DNA from: Acidobacteriota bacterium
GTDB lineage: Bacteria > Acidobacteriota > Thermoanaerobaculia > Multivoradales > UBA5704
DNA: 39,411 bases
Reading direction: 5' to 3'
Assembly (NCBI GenBank): GCA_040005235.1
Contig: JBDTZG010000051.1
Location: forward strand, 1-39,411
In this document: in pieces, positions 19,772 through 28,690 of the stretch
Layout: the number at the start of each line of letters is the position of its first letter
Position numbering within the stretch: position 1 is the stretch's first letter
The notes under the pieces: model-generated
What the model was told of the DNA's origin: nothing
The model's input: only the letters and a program-made list of their open reading frames with translations
The model's database searches: none
Translations under genes and position numbers: made by a program

Positions 19772-21505
19772 ATGCCTTCGACGGCTCGTGGCGTTCATCT
19801 TCTTCTGGTGGCCCTGTTTGCCGTACCGCTCTGGTCGGCCCCTCCTGCCGACCTGGTGCTCCGGCACGGCGCGCTCTACACGATGGCCGCCGCCCGCGGT
19901 TGGGCGGAGGCGGTGGCGATCTCCGGTTCGAGACTGGTATTCGTCGGGGCGGATCGGGATGTGGCGCCGTTTGTCGGGCCGCAGACGCGCGTGGTCGATC
20001 TCTCCGGGCGTTTCGTGCTGCCGGGGTTTCATGACTCGCACGTGCATCTGGTCTCGGGCGGGATCGAGCTGGGGCAGTGCGATCTGAACGGCTCGAAGAC
20101 GGGGGACGAGGTTCTCGCGCGGGTAAAAGCCTGCGCCGCGGCGAAACCGGAGGCTCCCTGGATCATTGGCGGCGGTTGGGATCTGCCGCTGTTTCCCCAG
20201 GCGAATCCGCACAAGCGGCTTTTGGACGAAATCGTGCCCGATCGGCCGGTCTATTTGTCGGCGGCGGACGGGCATTCGACCTGGGTGAATTCGAAGGCTT
20301 TGGCCATCGCCGGCATCACGCGCGAGACGCCCGATCCGCCGCACGGGCGGATCGAGCGGGACGCGGAGGGGAATCCTTCCGGCACACTTCGAGAGGCGGC
20401 GGCCGATCTGGTGGACGAGCACCTTCCGGAGACCACGGCGGCCGACCGCACGGAGGGTCTGAAACGGGCGGTCGAACGGGCGCACGGTTTCGGCATCGTT
20501 TCGGTGCAGGAGGCCTCGGGTGGGGCGGAGAGCTTGGCGACGTTTCGCGCTCTGGACGCCGCGGGCGAGTTGAATCTGCGGGTGGTGGTCGCCAACTACG
20601 TCGATCCGAGCCAAGGCGTGGAGCAGGTCTCTGAATTCGTCAAGCGCCGCGATGATCCGGCGGGCAGGGTGGCTCCTCACGTGCGGGCCTCGGCCGCGAA
20701 GATCTTTGCCGACGGCGTGATCGAGGCGGGGACCGCGGCTTTGTTATCTCCTTATCTCGGCGAACGGGGAAAAGACGGCTGGCGCGGCGAGCTGGAGCTG
20801 GCCCCGGAGCGTTTCGCGGAAATCGCCACCGCGCTCGATGCGGCGGGATTTCAGATCCACGTCCATGCGATCGGCGACCGGGCGATTCGGGAGGCGCTCA
20901 ACGCCCTCGAAGCGGCGCGGAAGGCCAACGGCCCGCGCGACGCCCGGCCGCTGATCGCGCACATCCAGTTGTTCGATCCGGCGGACATTCCGCGCTTCCG
21001 GCAGCTCGGCGCGATCGCCGATTTCCAGCCGCTTTGGGCGTACGCCGATCCCTACATCGTCGATTTGACCGAGCCGCAGCTGGGCCCGGAGCGCTCGCGC
21101 TGGCTCTACCCGATGGGCTCGATGTTCCGCTCCGGCGCGGTGCTCGCCGCGGGGAGCGACTGGTCGGTCTCGTCGCTCGATCCGTTGCAGGCGATCGAGG
21201 TCGCGATCACGCGCTGCGATCCCGATCTCATCGGCCCTTGCGCCAAATCGTGGATTCCTGAGGAGCGGCTCGATCTGCCGACGATTCTGGCGGCATATAC
21301 GATCGGCGGCGCCTTCGCGAATTTCGAGGAGAAGGAGAGCGGCTCGCTCGAAGCGGGCAAACTGGCCGATCTGATCGTCCTCGATCGCAATCTGTTCGAG
21401 ATCCCGGCGAGCGAGATCTCCGAGGCCAAAGTGCTCGCCACGATGTTCGAAGGACGGATCGTCTCCGGTACTCTTCCTGCCGTATCGACCGGAGCCCGCC
21501 CATGA
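19772..21505 (+). CDS. Secreted YtcJ-like amidohydrolase (amidohydro_3)
   Basis: Signal peptide plus PGFHDSHVH, KIFADG, HAIGDRA, AHIQL, GSDWSV and GSLEAGKLADLIVL motifs. Confidence 0.92.
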   Translation: MPSTARGVHLLLVALFAVPLWSAPPADLVLRHGALYTMAAARGWAEAVAISGSRLVFVGADRDVAPFVGPQTRVVDLSGRFVLPGFHDSHVHLVSGGIELGQCDLNGSKTGDEVLARVKACAAAKPEAPWIIGGGWDLPLFPQANPHKRLLDEIVPDRPVYLSAADGHSTWVNSKALAIAGITRETPDPPHGRIERDAEGNPSGTLREAAADLVDEHLPETTAADRTEGLKRAVERAHGFGIVSVQEASGGAESLATFRALDAAGELNLRVVVANYVDPSQGVEQVSEFVKRRDDPAGRVAPHVRASAAKIFADGVIEAGTAALLSPYLGERGKDGWRGELELAPERFAEIATALDAAGFQIHVHAIGDRAIREALNALEAARKANGPRDARPLIAHIQLFDPADIPRFRQLGAIADFQPLWAYADPYIVDLTEPQLGPERSRWLYPMGSMFRSGAVLAAGSDWSVSSLDPLQAIEVAITRCDPDLIGPCAKSWIPEERLDLPTILAAYTIGGAFANFEEKESGSLEAGKLADLIVLDRNLFEIPASEISEAKVLATMFEGRIVSGTLPAVSTGARP

Positions 21506-22623
21506 AGATCCGTCGCGCCTTTCTGCTTCTTCCGCTGCTCGCGTTCGTTTCAGCCTGTTTCAACGGCCCGGTGCGCGAGACCTGGACGCTGCGCTTCCTC
21601 TCCGGCGGCTGGGTGGTCGCGGGCCGGACGATCGAGCTGTCCTCGGCGGAGGATTCGAACCCCGCCGTGGCGAAGCGGCTGGCCGCGGTGCGGCGCGACT
21701 TGCTGGAAGGGACCGACGCGTGGACCAAGCGGCTCGCCGAGATGGGGCCGATCGCCGAGAAGATCGAGCAGGAGCGGTTTACCGGGTCGATCGCCAAGGC
21801 CACGCACCGGGCCGTGCTCACCGAGACCGACCAGGTGCGGCAGCTATTCGCGGCGACGCCCGTCAACGCCTCGTACACTATCGTGTCCGGCCTCGCCGAG
21901 CTGCGCTTTGCCCCCGGACCGGCCGATCGGGCGACGCGGGCCGACCGTCAGAAGGTCCAGCGCGCTTTCAGCCCTTGGTCGGCCGACGTCGCCGCGTACA
22001 TTTCGGCCGGTTCGGCGCTGTGGAAATATCTCGACGAGCACCCCGGGCGCGCCTGGGCCTGTTTCGGCCGGTTGTTTCGGCAGGTCCGGCAGGACGGGGC
22101 GCCGGAGCCGCCGCCTCTCTCCCCGGGAAAGGAAACCCAGCTCGTCGAGGCGTTGCAGGCAGCGATGAAGAAGGTCTGGCAGCCGCTCGAAGTCGCCGAC
22201 GGGGAGGCGTTCACGCTCGATGAGCTCTCGCACCTGGTGTGGGATCCGTTCCCCGCACCGATCGAGATCCAACTTCCCGGTCCGGCGATCGAGGTCGAAG
22301 GATTCGAGACGGAAGCGGGCCACCTGATCGCCCGCGGCCCGGGGTTCTGGCACGCGCTCGAACATCTGGAAGGCCGGTGGCTCTCACCCGATCCGGTCCT
22401 CGCGTTCGTCCGCGAGAGCCGGAAGCAAAAACCCGCGTTCGATCTCGAAACGTTCCTCAACCAGCCGCGCTGGGCCAAAACGCCCCCCTCCGGCGGCGAC
22501 GTCCAAAAGGCGATGCAGACCGAGCTTTCCGGCGCGCCGGAATTCCGCGCGACCTGGAGAGTCGCCACCGACGGCGACGAGCCGGCCGAACCGGGCGACG
22601 ATTTCGACCCCTGGAAGGAGTAG
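21502..22623 (+). CDS. Hypothetical lipoprotein
   Basis: MKIRR, a hydrophobic stretch and lipobox VSAC. ATGA overlap with the amidohydrolase stop. Confidence 0.7.
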   Translation: MKIRRAFLLLPLLAFVSACFNGPVRETWTLRFLSGGWVVAGRTIELSSAEDSNPAVAKRLAAVRRDLLEGTDAWTKRLAEMGPIAEKIEQERFTGSIAKATHRAVLTETDQVRQLFAATPVNASYTIVSGLAELRFAPGPADRATRADRQKVQRAFSPWSADVAAYISAGSALWKYLDEHPGRAWACFGRLFRQVRQDGAPEPPPLSPGKETQLVEALQAAMKKVWQPLEVADGEAFTLDELSHLVWDPFPAPIEIQLPGPAIEVEGFETEAGHLIARGPGFWHALEHLEGRWLSPDPVLAFVRESRKQKPAFDLETFLNQPRWAKTPPSGGDVQKAMQTELSGAPEFRATWRVATDGDEPAEPGDDFDPWKE

Positions 22624-22680
22624 GGCGGCGGCCCTCTCGGCCTAGCTGGCCTTTGCCGCTGAGTCCAGCCCCGTCCAGGG

Positions 22681-22686
22681 TATAAT
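22681..22686 (+). promoter_or_regulatory. -10 box, probable leaderless promoter
   Basis: Perfect TATAAT 6 nt before ATG 22693, with no SD in between. Confidence 0.55.
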
Positions 22687-22692
22687 TCCTTC

Positions 22693-22968
22693 ATGATCAG
22701 AGAACCGGCTCGTGGGAGGGTCGTCACCGTAGATCTTCCGGAAGAAGCTTTCCAGCATCGGTCGTGGTCGGCTGATGAGGTTTCCCAAGAGATGCGGCGG
22801 CTTTGGCTGCTCGAAGAGGTGCGTTCGCGTCGACTCGGCTTCGGAAAGGCGGCTGAGCTAGCCGGAATGTCCGTTGCAACTTTCCTGCGCCTGATGGGAG
22901 AGCACCGCGTCAATACGTTCGACTACGACGATTCCGAGCTCGATCGCGAGTTTGGCTTGAAGTCGTGA
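22693..22968 (+). CDS. UPF0175-family putative antitoxin
   Basis: LGFGKAAELAGMSVATFLRLMGEHRV...ELDRE. GTGA overlap with the PIN gene. Confidence 0.82.
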   Translation: MIREPARGRVVTVDLPEEAFQHRSWSADEVSQEMRRLWLLEEVRSRRLGFGKAAELAGMSVATFLRLMGEHRVNTFDYDDSELDREFGLKS

Positions 22969-23474
22969 TCGTCGTAGCGGACGCCGGGCCCCTCATCCAT
23001 CTCAGTCTGATCCGCCTGCTTCGGGTCCTTCCCATTCTTTACGAGCAGGTACTGGTTCCTGATCTTGTCTTCGACGAAGTTGTCGGAGAGGAAGACTTGC
23101 TAGCAGGCAGCGCCGAGCTTCGCAATGCGGATTGGATCGAACGGGTCCGGCACGATTCCACAGCACCTCTGTTCCAACTCCTCCGTGCAGAGTTGGACCC
23201 GGGCGAAGCCGCAGCCATCTCAGTGGCAGTTGAACGACAAGCTTCTCTGGTTCTTTCGGACGATCGACCGGCGCGATTGGCGGCAGAGCAACTGGGGCTG
23301 GGTATCAAGGGGACTCTGGGGATTCTCGTCGAGGCCAAGCGGCGAGGCGAAATCCGAGAGGTTGCCCCTCTGATCACTCAACTGAAGAGCCGCGGGGTCT
23401 GGTTGTCAGACCGGCTGATAGAGCGCATTCTGACTGAGTCGGGAGAAGACGACCTCGAATCGCCCCCAACGTAA
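22965..23474 (+). CDS. DUF3368-type PIN-domain toxin
   Basis: VVADAGPLIHL, LDPGEAAAI, LSDDRPAR and GTLGILVEAKRRG motifs. Confidence 0.87.
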   Translation: MIVVADAGPLIHLSLIRLLRVLPILYEQVLVPDLVFDEVVGEEDLLAGSAELRNADWIERVRHDSTAPLFQLLRAELDPGEAAAISVAVERQASLVLSDDRPARLAAEQLGLGIKGTLGILVEAKRRGEIREVAPLITQLKSRGVWLSDRLIERILTESGEDDLESPPT

Positions 23475-23482
23475 GGCACCCT

Positions 23483-24895
23483 ATGCTTCCAGCGCCCACG
23501 CCCAACCCCGAGAATCCCCGCGTCCCGCCATCGCCCGGACCCATCCACGTCATCGGTGCCGGTTTCGCCGGGTCGGAGTGCGCCTGGCAGCTCGCGCAGC
23601 GGGGTGTCCCCGTGGTGCTCCACGAGATGCGCCCGGTGCGCTCGACCCCTGCGCACAAGACTCCCGATTTCGCCGAGCTGGTGTGCAGCAATTCTCTGCG
23701 TAGCGACGATCCTCTCCACGCCGCCGGGTTGCTCAAGCGGGAGATGGAGGCGTTCGGCTCGCTGATCATCGGTTCGGCCCGGAAAGCGGCGGTCCCGGCG
23801 GGGAGCGCCTTGGCGGTCGATCGCGATCGGTTCGCGGCAATCGTGACGGCCGCGCTTTCGACCCATCCGAACATCGAGATCCGTCGCGAGGAGGTGCTCA
23901 CCCTCCCCGCGGACGGCACGACCACGGTGATCGCCACCGGGCCGCTCACGTCGGATGCGTTGACCGCGGCGCTTCAGGGGCTGCTGGGCAAAGACGAGCT
24001 CTATTTCTACGACGCGATCGCGCCGATCGTCGAAGCCGAGAGCCTGGACCTGGGCAAACTGTTCTGGCAATCGCGCTACGGCAAAGGGGACGGCGACGAT
24101 TATCTGAACGCGCCGATGAATGAAGAGGAGTACGTGGCCTTTCACCGCGCGGTTTCCGAAGCTGAGGTGATGCTGCCGCACGATTTCGAGAAGGCGGTGT
24201 TCTTCGAAGGGTGCCTGCCGATCGAAGAAATCGCCGCCCGCGGCCTGGACACCCTGCGCTTCGGGCCGATGAAGCCGGTGGGGCTCACCGCGCCGGACGG
24301 CCGGCGGCCTTGGGCGGTGGTTCAGCTGCGGCAGGAGAATCTGGCGAAGAGCCAATTCAACCTGGTCGGCTTCCAGTCGCGCATGAAATGGGGCGATCAG
24401 GACCGGGTGCTGCGTACGATCCCCGGACTCGAAAACGCGAAGTTCGTCCGCTTCGGCCAGATCCACCGGAACACGTTCCTCAACTCCCCCACCCACCTGG
24501 ACCGTTGGTATCGCCTGAAGGCCGCGCCGCATCTGCGGCTCGCCGGTCAGATCACGGGGGTCGAGGGGTATCTCGAATCGGCCGCGACGGGCCTCGCGAT
24601 CGGCCTCTATGTGGCCCTGGAGCGCGCGGCCGGTTCGTCAGCCGAACCCTTCCCCGCGACCACCGCGCTCGGCGCCTTGATCCGCCATCTGGTCGAATCC
24701 GATCCCCGGCACTTCCAGCCCGCGAACATCAACTACGGCCTGTTCGAGGAGCTGCCCCGCCGGGTGAAGAAGGTGGACAAGAGGGCGGCTCTGGCCGATC
24801 GGGCGCACGAGGCGCTGGTCGATTGGGCGGTGCGGCACGGGGTGGCGATCGACCGGGAAAAGCTCGAAGGAGCGCCGGTTCCATGCGCCCCCTGA
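23483..24895 (+). CDS. trmFO: Folate/FAD-dependent tRNA m5U54 methyltransferase
   Basis: GAGFAGSE, ELVCSNSL, LYFYDAIAPIV, FEGCLPIE, RFGPMKPVGL and AGQITGVEGY motifs. Confidence 0.96.
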   Translation: MLPAPTPNPENPRVPPSPGPIHVIGAGFAGSECAWQLAQRGVPVVLHEMRPVRSTPAHKTPDFAELVCSNSLRSDDPLHAAGLLKREMEAFGSLIIGSARKAAVPAGSALAVDRDRFAAIVTAALSTHPNIEIRREEVLTLPADGTTTVIATGPLTSDALTAALQGLLGKDELYFYDAIAPIVEAESLDLGKLFWQSRYGKGDGDDYLNAPMNEEEYVAFHRAVSEAEVMLPHDFEKAVFFEGCLPIEEIAARGLDTLRFGPMKPVGLTAPDGRRPWAVVQLRQENLAKSQFNLVGFQSRMKWGDQDRVLRTIPGLENAKFVRFGQIHRNTFLNSPTHLDRWYRLKAAPHLRLAGQITGVEGYLESAATGLAIGLYVALERAAGSSAEPFPATTALGALIRHLVESDPRHFQPANINYGLFEELPRRVKKVDKRAALADRAHEALVDWAVRHGVAIDREKLEGAPVPCAP

Positions 24896-25815
24896 TCCAA
24901 AGCTGGCTCGAACATCTGGATGGCGAAAGGGCGCTCTCGCCGCACACGCTGCGGGCCTACGAAGGGGATCTGGTCGGATTCCTCGGGTTTCTCTCCGAAG
25001 ATTTTCTCGGGAAGGACCCGAAGACCATCGAACCGACCGAAATCGATCCGCTCGCGATCCGCTCGTTTCTCGCTGCCCAAACCAAGCGCGGCTTGTCGCG
25101 CAGAAGCCAAGGGCGCGCGCTCGCCGCGGTGCGGGGTTTTTTCCGTTGGCTGGCCCGCGAGGGGATCGTCAAAGCCAATCCGGCCCAAGGGGTGCGCACC
25201 CCGAAAGCGCCGAAGACGCTGCCTCGCCACCTGCGCCCGGGAGAGATCGAAAGCCTGCTCGCGGCACCCGACGTCAACGAGACCTTCGGCCACCGAGATC
25301 GGGCGATCCTGGAGCTGCTCTACGCGACCGGCCTCCGCGTGGGCGAGCTGGTGAGTCTCGACTGGAGCGATCTCGATCTTTCCGCCCGCACCCTGCGGGT
25401 CATCGGCAAGGGGAACAAGGAACGGATGCTCCCCTTCAACCGAGCCGCCGAAAGCGCGCTGCGCGACTGGCTAGCCCGCTGGGAACCGCTCGCCGATCCC
25501 GCCCGGCTCGCGGCCGACCCGTCCGAAGCCGAGCCGGTGTTCTTGAGCTCCAAAGGCCGCAGGCTCTCCGACCGCTCCGTCCGCCGCATCCTCGACCGCC
25601 ACGTCGCCGCGGCATCGCTCGCGGCCGGAGTCCACCCCCACACCCTCCGCCACACCTTCGCCACCCATCTCCTGGAAAACGGCGCCGACCTCCGCGCCAT
25701 CCAGGAACTCCTAGGGCACAGCTCGCTGTCCACCACCCAAAAGTACACCCACATCGAGATCGACCGGTTGTTGAACGTCTACCGGGAGTCGCATCCCCGT
25801 GCTCGGAAGGGGTGA
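24883..25815 (+). CDS. xerC: Tyrosine recombinase XerC
   Basis: Start at MRPLIQSW (24883, RBS AAGGAG). RDRAILELLYATGLRVGEL, GKGNKER, HPHTLRHTFATHLL and LLGHSSLSTTQKY. trmFO-xerC-hslVU context. Confidence 0.9.
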   Translation: MRPLIQSWLEHLDGERALSPHTLRAYEGDLVGFLGFLSEDFLGKDPKTIEPTEIDPLAIRSFLAAQTKRGLSRRSQGRALAAVRGFFRWLAREGIVKANPAQGVRTPKAPKTLPRHLRPGEIESLLAAPDVNETFGHRDRAILELLYATGLRVGELVSLDWSDLDLSARTLRVIGKGNKERMLPFNRAAESALRDWLARWEPLADPARLAADPSEAEPVFLSSKGRRLSDRSVRRILDRHVAAASLAAGVHPHTLRHTFATHLLENGADLRAIQELLGHSSLSTTQKYTHIEIDRLLNVYRESHPRARKG

Positions 25816-25981
25816 GGGGGGGCGAGCCACCACCTTCGGCTCCTCTCCCAGTCCTCACTTCCGCCGAACGACAGGTTTCTCCCCTCTGCGTCGCGGTTCG
25901 CGCGAGGCAGACACCGGTCTCCCGGGCCGAGGAAGCGCCGAGCGGGAGAAAATCACCGCTCCTCCAGGCCCGCGGAGTCTT

Positions 25982-26317
25982 CCTCTGGACCTCAGGAACG
26001 TTCCCCTGGATCTCAGGAACGTTCCCCTAGACCTCAGGAATATTCCCCCGGACCTCAGGAATGCTCCTTTGAGCCTCAGGAATACTCCGGAAAAGTCCAG
26101 GAGCACTCCTCCAGATCCTAGGAACATTCCGCTTTACCTCAGGAAGGTTCCTTTGCCTCCCAGGAAAACTCCGCTGGATCTCAGGAACATTCCGCTGGAC
26201 CACAGGTACATTCCGCTGGTGCTCAGGAATACTCCGCTGAAGCTCAGGAATGTTCCTCTGGCCTTCAGGAGTATTCCTCTTAATCTCAGGAACATTCCGC
26301 GGAACATCAGGAACATT
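25982..26317. repeat. Tandem array of 16 degenerate 21-bp units
   Basis: Consensus approximately CCNCTGGAYCTCAGGAAYRYT with exact 21-bp phase and no indels. Positions 1-2 (CC), 13-15 (AGG) and 21 (T) are invariant. Confidence 0.95.
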
Positions 26318-26554
26318 CCTCTCTGCCGGCGGAGGGGTGTTCTGGATCTGGAAACCACTCCCGTGGGCCGGCACACGGGTGTGCGAGTCGGTCGTACCGC
26401 TCCATCCGATCTGCCGACCGGTGTTTGGAAGGCCGGAAGGAGCGATTCCCTCCGTCCCGTCGCCTTCCGGCGGTCGAACCGCGCGTTTTTCTTCCGGCCG
26501 ATCGCTTCTGCCCACCCGCGCGTCCTCCCCCTGTCGCGCCTCGGGTGTGCTTTT

Positions 26555-26639
26555 CCTGGGAACGCCGCCGTCTCGGCGGCCTTCTCTGCCCCGACGCTCG
26601 CGCCTCGTCAGTGCCGAGCTGGAGCTCGGCGCTCCCAGG
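26555..26639. repeat. Inverted pair of REP-like elements
   Basis: CCTGGGAAC-GCCGCCG-TCT-CGGCGGC (26555-26580) and GCCGAGC-TGGA-GCTCGGC-GCTCCCAGG (26613-26639). Confidence 0.75.
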
Positions 26640-26748
26640 GAAAGGCACGCAGGAGCGCAGGGCGAGGTGGAATTGGGCTGGGGCTCAGGCCAATCTCCCT
26701 CCCGAACCGAAGCCCCGTCGCGAGGGCTGCTACAATGCCGGCCTCGAT

Positions 26749-27291
26749 ATGGATACCTTCCTTTCTACCACCGTCCTCCTCGTGCGACGGAACGGCCGCG
26801 TCTGCTTGGCGAGCGACGGGCAGGTGACGATGAACAACAGCACCATCGTCAAATCCGGCGCCAAGAAAATCCGCCGCACGGGCAAGGATAAGGTGCTGGT
26901 CGGCTTTGCCGGCGGTACGGCCGATGCCCTCGCTCTGTTTTTCCGTTTGGAAGAAAAGCTTGACGAGCATGGCGCGAATTTGGAGCGCGCGGTCGTCGAG
27001 CTGGCCAAGGATTGGCGCACCGATCGGGCCATGCGCCAGCTGCAGGCCGTGATGATCGTCACCGACAAGGACAAGAGCTTCCTGATCTCAGGGACAGGCG
27101 AGCTGCTTTCGCCGGATGACGAGGACGGGATTTTGTCCATCGGCTCCGGCGCCAACTTCGCCCTGGCCGCGGCCCGGGCGTTGGTCCGCATGACCGACCT
27201 TTCGGCGGCCGAAATCGTCCGCGAATCGATGCGAATCGCGAGCGAGATCTGCGTGTACACCAATGACCGGCTCACGCTCGAAGAGCTCTAG
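26749..27291 (+). CDS. hslV: ATP-dependent protease peptidase subunit HslV
   Basis: MDTFLS then TTVL (N-terminal Thr nucleophile), [27 protein letters not shown] and ICVYTN. TACAAT at 26731-26736 upstream. Confidence 0.95.
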   Translation: MDTFLSTTVLLVRRNGRVCLASDGQVTMNNSTIVKSGAKKIRRTGKDKVLVGFAGGTADALALFFRLEEKLDEHGANLERAVVELAKDWRTDRAMRQLQAVMIVTDKDKSFLISGTGELLSPDDEDGILSIGSGANFALAAARALVRMTDLSAAEIVRESMRIASEICVYTNDRLTLEEL

Positions 27292-27301
27292 GACTCCCAA
27301 G

Positions 27302-28690
27302 ATGGCGACTCCCCAGACCCCCGACGGGCCGCTTGCCCAGTCGCTCGAAAACCTCACGCCGCAGCAGATCGTCGTGGAGCTGGATAAATACGTGGTCGGC
27401 CAGCGGGCCGCCAAGCGCGCCGTGGCGATCGCTTTGCGCAATCGCTGGCGACGCCAGCAGCTCGCGCCCGAGATTGCCGACGAGATCGCGCCGAAGAACA
27501 TTCTGATGATCGGCCCGACCGGCGTCGGCAAGACCGAGATCGCCCGGCGGCTGGCGAAGCTCGCCAAGGCGCCGTTCTTGAAGGTCGAGGCGAGCAAGTT
27601 CACCGAGGTGGGCTACGTCGGCCGCGACGTCGAGTCGATGGTGCGCGACCTGGTGGAGATCGCCGTCGGCATGGTCCGCGAGGAACGGCGCGAGGCCGTG
27701 CGCGAGCTGGCGATCGTGCGGGCCGAGGATCGCCTGCTGCAACTGCTGGTGCCGCCCCGGCCGGTCTCGTCCTATCTCCATCCGCGCGAGCCCGAGGACG
27801 AAGACGACGAGATGGCCAAGACGCGCGAGAAGTTCCGCACCAAGCTGCGCGCCGGCAAGCTCGACGCCCGGACGGTCGAGGTCGAGGTGGAAGAGTCGAC
27901 CTATCCGAGCATGGACATGTTCAACCCCCAGGGGGCGGAAGACGTCGGCGCGAACTTGAAGGACATGCTGCCCGGGCTTTTCGGCCGCAAGCGCCGCACC
28001 CAGCTCGCGGTGCCCGAAGCGCGGGTGATCCTGGAGCAGCAGGAGTCGGAGAAGCTGATCGACCGCGCCGCGGTCTCGCGCGAGGCGCGGAACAGGGTCG
28101 AGCAGGGCGGCATCATCTTCCTCGACGAGATCGACAAGATCGCCGGCCGCGAAGGCGGACGGGGGCCGGACATTTCGCGCGAAGGGGTGCAGCGCGATCT
28201 GTTGCCGATCGTCGAAGGGACGACCGTCTCGTCGAAATACGGCATGGTGAAGACCGACCACATCCTGTTCATCGCGGCGGGGGCGTTTCACGTCAGCAAG
28301 CCGTCGGATCTGATCCCCGAGCTGCAAGGCCGCTTCCCCATCCGGGTCGAGCTGCACGCACTTTCGGAGAACGATTTCGTCCGCATTTTGACCGAGCCCG
28401 AAGCCGCGCTCACCAAGCAGTACATCGCGCTGCTTTCGGCCGAGGGTCTCACGGTCGGTTTCACGGAAGACGCGGTGGCCGAGATCGCCCGGATGGCGGT
28501 CGAGGTCAACGCCAGCACCGAAAACATCGGCGCCCGCCGCTTGGCGACCTTGATGGAGCGTCTGCTCGACGAGATCTCCTTCGAGGCCCCCGGCATGTCG
28601 GGTCAGCAGCTCACCTTAGACGGCGGGAACGTGCGCACGACGCTCTCCGACATCGTCAAGAACCAGGATCTCTCGCGCTATGTCCTCTAG
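27302..28690 (+). CDS. hslU: ATP-dependent protease ATPase subunit HslU
   Basis: [44 protein letters not shown] and C-terminal DLSRYVL. Confidence 0.97.
   Translation: MATPQTPDGPLAQSLENLTPQQIVVELDKYVVGQRAAKRAVAIALRNRWRRQQLAPEIADEIAPKNILMIGPTGVGKTEIARRLAKLAKAPFLKVEASKFTEVGYVGRDVESMVRDLVEIAVGMVREERREAVRELAIVRAEDRLLQLLVPPRPVSSYLHPREPEDEDDEMAKTREKFRTKLRAGKLDARTVEVEVEESTYPSMDMFNPQGAEDVGANLKDMLPGLFGRKRRTQLAVPEARVILEQQESEKLIDRAAVSREARNRVEQGGIIFLDEIDKIAGREGGRGPDISREGVQRDLLPIVEGTTVSSKYGMVKTDHILFIAAGAFHVSKPSDLIPELQGRFPIRVELHALSENDFVRILTEPEAALTKQYIALLSAEGLTVGFTEDAVAEIARMAVEVNASTENIGARRLATLMERLLDEISFEAPGMSGQQLTLDGGNVRTTLSDIVKNQDLSRYVL

Noticed and set aside
24211-24882. N-terminal extensions given by the ORF track for xerC (and likewise for hslV, dapF, glyS, the adaptor and hppD)
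   Set aside because: They overlap upstream genes or repeats. The downstream starts have an RBS, coupling or promoter support and match family N-termini.
24883-25815. Integron or phage integrase explaining the TA cassettes
   Set aside because: The size, motifs and trmFO/hslVU context fit housekeeping XerC. I saw no IntI-specific insertion and no attC-like sites.
25982-26317. CRISPR array
   Set aside because: The units are contiguous degenerate 21-mers with no unique spacers, and there are no cas genes in the window.
25994-26319. Eukaryotic-type heat-shock elements (GAAnnTTC) upstream of hslVU
   Set aside because: The resemblance is superficial; bacteria lack HSF, and no CIRCE inverted repeat was seen.
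25799-26827. 342-aa ORF spanning the repeat array as a real gene
   Set aside because: Weak start overlapping the xerC end, runs through REP hairpins and overlaps hslV out of frame. Kept only as an alternative hypothesis in the array finding.
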